Source: Chrysemys picta bellii (lineage: Eukaryota). Taken from it: 64,000 nucleotides of DNA. Every line of letters begins with the position of its first letter. The first letter of the stretch is position 1. The stretch spans positions 24,490,001 to 24,554,000 of the forward strand of contig NC_088801.1 in the NCBI RefSeq assembly GCF_011386835.1, in the 5' to 3' direction. The notes beneath the pieces are model-generated. The model was not told the DNA's origin. It did not search any database and was given only the letters and a program-made list of their open reading frames with translations. Both the position numbers and the translations under genes were made by a program. Shown one piece after another: positions 50,114 through 61,500 of this stretch.

Positions 50114-52363
50114 TACCAATGGCAAAGCCTCCATTAACTTCAAGGGTGCAAAATCTTGTGGGTACTATGTGAGTCATAACAATATACATTCATACCAAAT
50201 TCTGAGATAATGTGTGCCTGGTGAAAGGAGGCCACTAGAAAGCAGTATGGAGGAGCAGCCAGTAGGATAGAGGAAACCCTTCCTCCCATCCAAATTCTCC
50301 ATTTCATTGAATATCCCCAGATTTTCCTTAAAACAGATATTGTTAATTAGTGGGCTAAATGACACTACCTGTGAAGCGTTAGTATTTCTCATTTGTACAG
50401 CTGGGTTCAAATAATTTTTTTCTTCTCAAGCAAAATAAGTTTGCTGGTCTCACTTGAATCCTACGTGGACATTTATCCATATCAAAAAACTAATTCACAC
50501 TTCAGCACTAAAGAGCACAGTTTGCAGTCTTTTTCTCAAGAGGACTAGAACAGGAATTGCAGGGGTGTTTAGGTCAAGACTGAAGTTGATTGTGTGGGTA
50601 AGACTGCACTGAACATGTTGTAACTTACCTAGATCTAACTAACTAATTCCATCATTTGTTCACTTTTCCAGAGCACTAAGTTCATCAGATTCACCTCAAA
50701 CCTTTTTCCAATAGAAAACAGTTGAAAAAAATGTTAGCTACTCTCCAGTCTTCTGGGAAATCTACTGAGCTTATGAAAATGTTTGCTAAAATGTCTTCAG
50801 TTTCCTTCCCCTACATCCGATAGCACTGCCCTTAAAGATGTTTTCTTGACCTAATGGCTTGTCAATTTTAACAGCTTCTAACATTTTCCTAGACATTTTC
50901 AGGATTATCTTCACATTTTAAATACTTTCTCTCTTTCCCAAGGTATTCAATTCCTGATTTTTACAACTACTGTTAGTATTTTATGAGAAAATACATAAAA
51001 TTGCATAATATCTCTTTCATTTACAAGGAGACTAGCCTTTTTATTCACCATTCAGACAGTTCCTCTGTCTGCTCTTTAAAACAATACAAAACACTTCTGT
51101 TATCAACAGATTAGACACCAAGTCCTCATTCTCTAACATCTACTTTAATCTTTTTTTTAAGTTTTCTTTAGCTATTTTTCAGAGTTGAGTAAATACTTTT
51201 TATCAAATGATTTTATGGATCTTTCATATCATCTTTTTAGGATCAACACTATTCCAAGCATTGGCATTTTTTCATATAATTTTATGTAGAAGCTTACAGG
51301 AAGATACATAAGGATACAAATGCTTTGATCACATTATCACATGTATGAAATCTCAAAGAAAATGTATGCAATATGAGATACTGAAAAGAAATTAAATAAA
51401 TTCACAAATTAAGGCCCCAATCCTGTAAATATTTATGCATGTGTTCAACTTTATGCATTGTGAATAGTCCTATTGAATTCTGACTGCAGAGAAATCAATG
51501 GCAAAACCCCATTAATTTTCCATGGGGTCAGGATTATACCCATAGTGCATAAAGTTGAGCATGTACATAGACCCAATCTTGCAAAGATTTTTAAGAATTC
51601 AATCTTGCAATGATGAGCAATAGTTTGCCCAAGCAGAGCTCTTTCCAGGAACAATATAAAGCGATATAAATTATTTTATATGCCAAAATCTATACACCTA
51701 ATAAAATAAAAATACTCAAGAAGCCAAATAAAAAATAAAAAGCCCATTCAAATCAGAATGAAAAATGGAGGAAATTAAAAATGAAAAAGACAAAATTAAT
51801 AATCATCTTTGTGGCATTCACTCGTCCCATTTAAGATGAGACCCAACTGTTGCTTGCACTTAATCCATCATTGTTTTAAAAAGATCATTCTGAATATGTA
51901 GGCATAAAAATGGGAATATAATTGTTACATAAAATCAAAATGACTAAAAAAATTTGGATTGCAAATATTAGGTTGGTTTCTATTGACACAATAAAAAACT
52001 GTCCCAAGTTTCAACAGTTTAGCAATGTAAAAAAAAAGTTTGTCTATATTAGGAGATACCAAAATCATACAGGTTTTGTCTGTGGAGAGCATCATTTTCA
52101 AGTCCTTGCATTAACATTCTAAGCAGCTGGAATTACATAGATTTTTATAACTGATTCATAATTGGATGGTTCACATGAAGGTAGAAACCTACAAGAAAAT
52201 GAAGGCACCAAAAACAAATCTAACACAGCAATTAGTAGAATTTTTTGTCTAATGTTAGACCAAAAAAGAGTAACAACAGGAAAATCCCACCATAGATATA
52301 CAGAGCACCCCCACCTTACTTTTAACAACAGTTTGGTGAAATTCTCTGATTCATATTATTTAC

Positions 52364-52381
52364 CTTTGTAGGCATAATGCT
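52364..52381 (-). CDS. Candidate 18-nt microexon AGCATTATGCCTACAAAG, unverified
   Basis: Minus strand ctcacttaaattgttttcag|18 nt|gtaaat; frame-preserving (HYAYK or SIMPTK). No homology recognised. Confidence 0.15.
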
Positions 52382-52881
52382 CTGAAAACAATTTAAGTGA
52401 GCTTCTTGTAACATTAATATAATTATAAGAAGAAGAAATTAATATCTTATAATAAGAAGAAAATATATATTTCCAAATCTTACCGGGTCTGTTTCACTTC
52501 AGTTAAGTTAACTGGGAAGTCTCTTTTCCACACAGTAATATTAGTTTGGCCTTTTCCATACTATTTATGCTCTAAAAATATTTGAACTCTCGAAGAATGT
52601 AACTGCAGGTTATGCTCATGGAGCCATATTTTGGCTGTGTATATGTATGTTGGTCCCCCATTGAAGTCAAGGAGAGCCAATCAGACACATCTGTATCCAG
52701 AATGTGGCCTGTAGTGTATTCTTAAAATGCAGTTCTACTCCAAAAAGTGACTGTGTAAAAATGGCAATTATTTAAGAGAACTGTTCCATGTGTATATTTA
52801 GAATCACAGCTATTTACATAAGGGATAGATAAAAGTGTTTACTGTTGTTAGCAATGCACAGGGAACACAGCTATAAGAGAG

Positions 52882-53306
52882 GTTTCAAAGTAGCAGCCGT
52901 GTTAGTCTGTATCCGCAAAAAGAACAGGAGTACTTGTGGCACCTTAGAGACTAACAAATTTATTTCAGCATAAGCTTTTGTGGGCTACAGCTCACTTCTT
53001 CAGATGCATAGAGTGGAACACACAGACAGAAGATATTTATACATACAAAGAACATGAAAAGGTGGAAGTATGCATACCAGTGTAAGAGGCCAATCAATTG
53101 AGATGAGCTATCAGTAGCAGCAGAAGAAAAAACTTTGAAGTGATAATCGAGATGACCCATAGAAGGTGTGAGGAGAACTTAACATGGGGGGGAAAAAAAT
53201 CAATTAGTGTAATGACCCAACCATTCCCAGTCTCAGTTTAGACTTAAGTTAATTGTGTCTAATTTGCATATTAATTCGAGTTCAGCAGTCTCTCTTTGGA
53301 GTCTCT
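52882..53306 (-). mobile_element. Penelope-like element 3' end (GIY-YIG C-terminus + terminal repeat)
   Basis: Minus strand QRETAELELICKLDTINLSLN*DWEWLGHY, plus the terminal repeat gtagcagccgtgttagtctgtatccgcaaaaagaacaggagtacttgtggcacc. Confidence 0.88.
52968..53009 (-). ncRNA. Minimal hammerhead ribozyme remnant in Penelope terminal repeat
   Basis: Minus strand GCAU-CUGAAGA-A-GUGAGC-UGUA-GCCCAC-AAAA-GCUU-AUGC: CUGAnGA core and stems I/II present, GAAA changed to AAAA. Confidence 0.65.
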
Positions 53307-54710
53307 GTAGTTCCCATTCTTCTCAGCCATCTTTAGCAGACCAGTTTACTAGGGGCCATAATGTGTCACTGCTTTTTAAGCAGAACTCACCTTGAAAATA
53401 CTGACGAGTTCTGCTGAAGAACTAGTGGCATAATATCAACCTAAATCTTAAATGCAGGGTTAAATGTGCACTTCAGCTTTCCCTGGCCAGCTAAATACAA
53501 CTGGGTTGCAAAGTAGTAACAAGGCAGAACTAGAAAACAAGGAGGTTGCATGGGAGTAACCCAAGGCATAATTTAGCCTGAAGAAGCATCTTTAGGTATT
53601 ATTGCAATATAAATATTAAAGACCCCAGTTAGGATAGAGGGCACCTTTGGGCTAGACAAAGACATTCTTCCTCCTCTAAAAATCTTACAGTGTAAGGCCC
53701 TGATCTTGCAAAGTTACTTCAGTGTGTCTCTGTCTGCATGGAGCAGCTTACAAGACGAGGGCCCAAGAATGGTGATCATGAACAAAAGGAAAGAATTCAG
53801 CCTGACTTTCAAGGACCAGGATGAGCTAAAACCCCATCTTTTTACTTGTAAACAAATCCACTTGATAGGAAATAATTAAGACACAAACACACAGACCCAA
53901 AATATGCATTTTTCCACAATCATTTTTAGCATAGAACCATACTATCAACACTTCTCATTTCCATGTCAGACTTAGAGTACAGAAATTGGTTGCAACTGAG
54001 AGCAGAGACAAATTGTTCATCAGAGTGTGATTTTTGTGAGGAGACCCCTCTCCTCCCAAAGTTTGTGCAAGCTTTGTAATGTTCAGTAGCCATAGTGCCT
54101 AACATTAAAGAGTGTGCTGAAAATGCCATGAGTTCTAAGCAGAGATTTAGGGTAGGAATCTACAATCCCTAGGAAGATAAATTTCCCATGACAACAATAG
54201 GAACTAACTGCAGGATCAGAAGTAGGGTGATCTGTTTTCCACATAAACTTAATTAGGAATCAGTGGAATGATTAAAATAAAATGAGGACCTCTGAACTTT
54301 AACCCAAATTTAAAATTAAGTTTACTGTAAGTTACAAAAAATGAGGTTAACTACTTCATTACTTTTCATTTCTGAACTGCCAGATTTCTGTTAGAACTGG
54401 AAGCAGAAATGTCAGAATTTCACAAGACATTTTTGTGAGGCTTTTCGCCCAGTTTTGCAGGCTCAGTAAGACTGAAAAAGGTGTTAGTCTTCATAAACAT
54501 ATTAATTGAACCCGTAGGCTGAACTTTGAGTTTCAACCAATGTTATGTTCCTCCTTCTTTTTTTTTCCTTATCTTTTTTTACATTTGTATTGTATTGGAA
54601 TCTCTACTATTAAATTTGGCTGCCTAAATTAAACCAAATGACTACTCAGATTGGGATTTAGCTGCTCCTTTTAGGAGCCTAAAGGACAATTTGACTACAA
54701 GATGATAGAT

Positions 54711-55069
54711 CAGGGGTCGGCAACGTTCGGCACGCGGCTCGCCAGGGTAAGCACCCTGGCGGGCCGGGCCAGTTTTATTTACCTGCTGACACAGCAGGTT
54801 CAGCCGATCGCGGCCCCCACTGGCCGCGGTTCACCGTCCCGGGCCAACGGGGGCGGCGAGAAGCGGTGTGGGCGAGCAATGTGCTGGCCACGGCTTCTCG
54901 CCGCCCCCATTGGCCCAGGACGGTGAACCGCGGCCAGTGGGGGCCGCGACTGGCCGAACCTGCCACGTCAGCAGGTAAATAAAACTGGCCCGGCCCGCCA
55001 GGGTGCTTACCCTGGTGAGCCGTGGGTGCTTACCCTGGTGAGCCGTGTGCCGAACGTTGCCGACCCCTG
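54711..55069. mobile_element. Young palindromic hAT MITE
   Basis: TIRs caggggtcggcaacgttcggcac / gtgccgaacgttgccgacccctg with a perfect 8-bp TSD TGATAGAT (54703-54710 and 55070-55077). CpG-rich. Confidence 0.95.
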
Positions 55070-55074
55070 TGATA

Positions 55075-55240
55075 GATGGTCCTTTGATTAAGGCACAGGA
55101 CTGGAAATCTGTAAAAACTTTGCCACAGACTTAATGTGTGACCTTTAGCAAGTCACTTAGAATCTCAGTGACTCAGTTTTATCAGTGCTTGTCTACTGTA
55201 TCTCAGAAGACTATACTAATGTCTGTTAAATTATTCTGTT
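55075..55240 (+). mobile_element. MIR-like SINE
   Basis: ggcacaggactggaa..tgccacagacttaatgtgtgacctttagcaagtcacttagaatctcagtgactcagtttt. Confidence 0.6.
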
Positions 55241-55871
55241 ATTAAATTAAGAATCTGGGACCCTGTCAGACACTACTGTTTTTAAAAAGTGTGGTTTCTC
55301 ACAAGAAAGAGATTTTTTTCCTCCTTTTTTCCATTTGCCTAATGTCAGTTCTTGTTTTTCAGAAAATAATTTTATGTTGTCCTGCTTCCTGTATTTTGTG
55401 TTTATGTCAAAAAATGGATAAAAGAATTTCAAAATCGAGGCCACTATGAAAGAAGGAATCCCAAACATTCTCAAGTACTGGAATTAACAGAACTGCTAAA
55501 TTCTAAAGGTAAGGATCAATGCACAATCAATTAATCTTGATCTCATTGGGAATGGAGCATATCTTCAGACACGTTAAGCCTGAAGCAGGACTAGTGACTG
55601 CCTTAGAGAGACTTAAAGAGGAGAAATGGGAATGAACATCAAAACTTTCCATTTGAAAAGCTTCTTCCCCCATAAAGCATCAGAGGGAGGGTTGGGGGGG
55701 GAGGGGGAAGGGAGTTACAGTCACTGAAGACCATAACCAAACTTCTAAGTGCTTAATTCTTTTACTCAGAAATAGACTGAAATAAAGAAAAGTGAGAAAA
55801 CCAAAATTCACTGAAGTCTGTAGGAGTTGTTCCACTGACTTCAGTTGACTTTGGATCAGGCTCCTAAATAT

Positions 55872-58045
55872 GCACTGAGGTTCCATCCTCCATTTCTCTT
55901 GGGAACTATAAAATATTGAGAGCAGAACCCTTTCCCCTGATGTTGAGGTGGCCCTTGTTCTATAACCTGTTTTAGGAGAGAGTCCACCCCCTGTTGGAGG
56001 ATCTCCTTTTAAGAATGGTCTCTGAAGATGGTCTAGGAATGTGGTTTGTGGGGCGGTGGAGAAAGAAGCTTGATGGTGTAACCAAAGTGGATAACATCTA
56101 GTACCCACTTGTCCATTGTTATAGCCCTTCAGTTACAGGTGAAGTACATTAGGCACCCACCAAAGCTGGTTTGGGATGCCATAAGTGAAGGTTCACAACT
56201 CTCAAGTGTCCTGTCAAAAGTAACCTTTAGCCAGTGGATGAGGTAGGGTGGCTGATGTCAAGGTGGATAGGCTATATTTTGGGAACCACTGAGGCTTGCG
56301 TGGTAGTGCGTATGGTTTTTGGTGGTAGAAAAGCTGTGGAGGAGGCCTTGGTTTATACACCTGTTTATGGTATTTCCTTTGTGGGGCCAAAGTATAAATG
56401 CCCAGAGAGCACAGGGTTGTACTTCAGCCTTTTAATGAGCACAAAGACTCATCTGTCTTCTTGCTAAAGAGATTCATTTAATCAAAGGGCAAATCCTCAA
56501 TGATGTTCTGAACCTCTGTGGGTAGCCCAAAGAGTGGAACCATAATTCATGTCTCATTACTTGTAGTGGTTTCTATAGTTTTAGATGCAGTGTTGGCCAT
56601 GTCTCCTGTGGTCTGGAGTGAGGTTTGTGGCATGAGTCTACCCTCATCGACAAGGGCTTAGAATTGGGGTCCATCCTCCCAAACAAGTTTATCTTTAAAC
56701 TCAGAGAATTTGGAACAGTTCATAAAATCATATTTTGCTAACAGGGCCTGGTAGTTAGCTATTTGAAACTGGAGGCTGGTGGAGATTGTGAGTATGGGAG
56801 GGAGAAGATATTGTCCTGGGAGGTATAAGTCTCAGTCTGTCCTAGAGTGCTGGGGTCCCAGTACTTGGTGTAGTCAGAACTGGTGCATCCATGTGCTTAG
56901 TGGCCAGCAGGTCCTTACAGGATCAGAACAGTATCAGTGGAGAGGAGTCTCATCTGGAGCTCTTGGAAGATGCTGATTCTTCAGCTTACTAGTTGGTACT
57001 GAAATTGGTTCCATTGGATCCTTGCTCCTGAATGCCTTTCCTTTGTAAGAGGCTTAAATGGGCCTAAGTCTATAGGACCCAAGCACAAGGACTAATCCAA
57101 TTTGGAGAGAGATGGGAAGTGATCCCTTCTCTTGGGAGCAGATCTGGAGGGGGATAGAGCATAAGAACGACCATACTGGGTCAGACCAAAGGCCCATTGA
57201 ACCCAGTATCCTGTCTTCCGACAGTGGCCAATGCCAGGTGCCCCAGAGGGAGTGAACAGAACAGGTAATCATCAAGTGATCCATTCCTTGTTGCTCATTC
57301 CCAGCTTCTGGCAAAAAGGATCTGTTCTTGTGTCTGTGAAAGTACCTGTTACTCTCATGACAAGCTCGTGATAATGGGTCTTTTGAATTATCAGATCTGA
57401 CTTCTGCTCTGGAACTCATGCTTGGAGGTGCACTGCTCAAGGCCTGAGGTTGATGTACAGGGGTCTCCCCAGCCTGGATCCAGCTGGGGGTCTCTTGTCT
57501 TTCTCCATGCGATGCTTCCTCAGTCAAAACTCTTGTCCCTCTTGGGCTTGGGGATGGAAGGAGCGACAGATACTGCCCTTGCAGGAGATATGTTTCCTCC
57601 CAAGGCAGTAAAGTCAGCACTGGTGTTTGTTACTGACCAAGAAGGAGTAAGGACAGGACACACAGCTCTTAAATCTCAGAACTCTGGTCATAGTCCTTCT
57701 CCTGAGGGGGGAATGGAGAGGGTCCCTGAGACAGGGAAAAAACTAGTTTGCACTACCTACATAAAGACTACTTGAAACACTAATAACTGTATACAATTAT
57801 ATTTACAGATTTGAAAGAGGGTGCAATGATAACTTCATTCACAGAGGTTCAGACTCAGGCCATGTGGAGGTAAGAAGGAACAGGAGAAGCAGTTGTTCCA
57901 CACCTCCCCATACGCCTTTGGTACTGAGCAAAAGGAGACCTATGGTGTAGGTGCACACCAACAGACACTACTCGCAAGAATTTCTGGTCTTGGGTGCATC
58001 GTCTGCAAGCATACTCAAGTATGGAATACATATAGAACGAGCACT
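55872..58045 (-). mobile_element. DIRS1-like retrotransposon remnant (gag and RT N-terminus)
   Basis: Minus strand SLQFQIANYQALLAKYDFMNCSKFSEF (gag), then ITMDKWVLDVIHFGYTI..GKGFCSQYFIVPKRNGGW (RT start). A DIRS-terminus-like stretch lies at ~57970-58040. The outer boundary is approximate. Confidence 0.75.
57160..57315 (-). mobile_element. CR1 3'-UTR-only insertion nested in the DIRS element
   Basis: cataagaacgaccatactgggtcagacc..gtgatccattcc..cccagcttctggcaaa; same 3' UTR type as the 32432 copy. Confidence 0.92.
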
Positions 58046-58530
58046 CAAAGAAGAACTATAAAGTTTGAATATCAGTTTAAGCATTTTAACATCCATCAGG
58101 ATGAAAGTCACTATTTAAATGTAAAATTATTAGAGAGAGAAAAACTGTCAACAAATGTGGTAATGTCTATCTCTAACTATAAGCAATTATAGAGTAATCT
58201 CCAGCTCTCAAAAATAACACCAGATGGTATTTTTTAGAAAAGTCAAATATATCATATTGTATTTTTTAGTACATCATGATGGCAAATAATAATATGTGAA
58301 TCCTACAAGTACAAGACAAATCTACAAGTATAACATTCTTCTCTTCCAATGAACATCCTGTGAATTCATAAATATTTACATTTTGCAAGTTATAATTATG
58401 TAGCACTGGGGGGGGAAGCAAAAAAAGTGACTGTATATACAAGTATATAAAAGAACATTCATAAATTACAAATGTGCATTGTTCTGAAAATGATACCTCC
58501 TGTGTTTTTGTGTTTTATGCCAAACCGTAG

Positions 58531-61500
58531 GAGAGCTTCCTGCATCTTCCCCAGTTGGGTAAAAATTATACTTGTAAGTTTGAATGACTATTGATTGCTT
58601 ATTATACTTTCTATTAATAGTCCTAAATTATTATGTATGAGCCGTCATTGTAGGTATTTGCTAACGTTGAAAGAAAAGTTTGTACTGCCACATGGATAAT
58701 CCTCCTTAAGAAACTGACAAACACAATTATAGAAGCGCTGCAAAGTATGTATTTTCTGTAAAAAATAATTACCTAAAATAGTACAGTTAAATGCTATCTT
58801 GTTATTGCTTTTTTGTATAAGTTGGCTGGATGTAGCATTTTATATACCATAAGTTAATTTTGGCATTAATAAATGTGAACTAAATAAAAAGTCTTAAAAT
58901 TTAAATGACTCTTGCTTCCATCCTACTTCTTAATAGAATCACATGAACTATTCACTGCAAATTATTTTATCAGATGAATTGTACCCATTTTGGTTGATGA
59001 ATAATCCATCAATAAGCGTTGATTTTTACAAGTTCCGTTTTCATTTAAAATTGTTTGAGAACACTTTATGCAAACAAATTGCAACCTTTGGGTTATTCAC
59101 AAATTGTTTCATTAGCATTCAACTATTTGCATTGAGACAGATTGTGTAGTCATGTGAGTAAATCCTCACCATCCTAAGTATGGGTTGGACAGATGATCAT
59201 TTTATATGATTTGTGGTGTGTGATTATCACATAACATTGTTTTTTTCCTACTCCATGACTGGATGACAAACTTTTATCATCAGGAGGAGGGGAACAAAGG
59301 ATTCTGAGCTGACTGCACAAATACATGCAATGGAATAATAGTGAGATGTTGCTTTCTATTAACGTTCTTGTGAACAAATAATATTCACTTGCATGACTGG
59401 TCATTAAAAAGCTAATGAAAAGGACTGTGAATACTGAAGCAACTTCTGAGATATCAGGAAGTGTCTTATATTTAGTACTGTAAGTGATATGAACTTTTGT
59501 CCTTTTTGAGAAATATATTTCCAACTAAAATAAATACTGAGCACTCCCTCACCACCCCCATCCCACACACACTTTACAGTTTCATTTTTAATGATGACTG
59601 CTTTTCCATTCTCTGTGTAAATTTTGTTTTTGAGTCTTCCTCCTTATATAAGAAGCATCTTAAAAATGAGCCAGTAGCACAGGTATGTTTATACATTACC
59701 ACATATGGCAGTATCTTAAGTATACTAATCCCTGTAGTTGACAGCTCTTGTGTTGCAATGACCTACAGTCATCTGATCAACTTTCAGAATACTTACTAGC
59801 TATAATCAAATATATTCTCATCTCTTATTTGAACAAATCATACAGAAATTGAATACATGTTTTTATGAACACTNNNNNNNNNNNNNNNNNNNNNNNNNNN
59901 NNNNNNNNNNNNNNNNNNNNNNNNNNNNNNNNNNNNNNNNNNNNNNNNNNNNNNNNNNNNNNNNNNNNNNNNNNNNNNNNNNNNNNNNNNNNNNNNNNNN
60001 NNNNNNNNNNNNNNNNNNNNNNNNNNNNNNNNNNNNNNNNNNNNNNNNNNNNNNNNNNNNNCTATGCTAAATTTTTTTGTATAATTTATACATTTTTTGA
60101 TAGTTGGCTATACAAGGTTCAAACCCTTTATGAAAAAATATTCTAAAATATACTTATAATGCTCCACTACATTTTAAAACTACATATATATAAATGTATG
60201 AGAACATATTTTTGCAAAAATAAGCATCCTTGGATGCCTCAGAAATGCACAAAATGGCTGTATTTCCTGCACACTTACATTGCAGTTGTATTATAATGTT
60301 GCGCTGATACAACAGTACAAAAATGCTACTTTCTAAAAAAGATGGAGTTATATTTTGACTATTTATTATATAAATTATTATCATCACATGAAAAACTCAC
60401 TGTAATTACGTTGTAATGAAAATAAAAATACTGTACTGTGTATTAACTATTGGAGAAACTCCTAAGTACTTTAGGTTGAGACATCAATCTGACTTTTTCC
60501 ATGACAACTGCGTACTCTGTTATGAGGCCATATTTAAACAGGCCAGAATTCTATAGTTAAAATTAACCAGCAGGAGCCATATTCTACCTTTTGTACCAGG
60601 CTATGCTGGGCTGAAACATGATATTACAGAAAAGTAAGGAGTCCCATGAACTGAGAAAGCAAACAACTATGCTGCATGTAAGTGTGCAGGACACAGACAC
60701 TACACGACATCACGCCAATTTAGTAAATCGTGGAAAAATGGAGAAGAGCATTGTGAATTAATTCACTTGCTTAAACGCAATTGGTTTCTGGTCTATGGAT
60801 ACCTGTGGTGAACTCAAGTACTGCACCATTGCTTCTGGTCATCCATCCCTTACCTTAAGCCTTTACGCTCATAAGGAATCTTTGTACTGTGATCTGGAAT
60901 CTACCTCAACCTCCTACGTAGCACGACTGCACTTGTTACTGCACTGTTGTCTGTATGATCTATCTTCTATTTTCCTTACTTGCTCCCCATTTGCCTCTTC
61001 ATCCACTGCCCCTACTGCTGTGCAATGCCTATCAGAATCAAATAAAGCAGCAACAAGCCTATGCATAGAGAACCTGGCTTGAGGAATCGTGAATTGTATG
61101 TGATATGTGCTCTAGGCTGTACTGAGGAGTAGACTGAGTGCAAGATGGCAGCAGACAGTCCGCTCCAAGATGCAGCACTGAAACCCACCACAAGTACCTT
61201 GGAGGGAACCATTGCTGGTATTTGCGAGACCAAGGCAGAAGAGGGCTCTAACTTACCGCCACCTCTTCAGACAAACTGGGAGAAGAAGGTCCTTGAACTG
61301 TGGATTCTGCCATCACTGCCACCTCTTCTCTTATACCTCCTTTCTCATAGGTCCAGCACTTCAATACTTTGAGGAGTGGGGAGCCAGAGAGGAGGGGCCT
61401 TGCACCATTGTAATTCCAGCTCACAGAGCAGGTTGGAGGCTCTATCCTCAGCAACTCATCATTAAAGTACTGGTCTCTTGTATGGCTGGTTATTTCAATG

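Noticed and set aside
54702-54966. GC-rich ORFs and CpG-island-like patch
   Set aside because: Fully explained by a young hAT MITE with a perfect TSD; not a promoter island.
55363-55508. Acceptor plus gtaagg donor pair
   Set aside because: All three frames contain a stop between the two sites.
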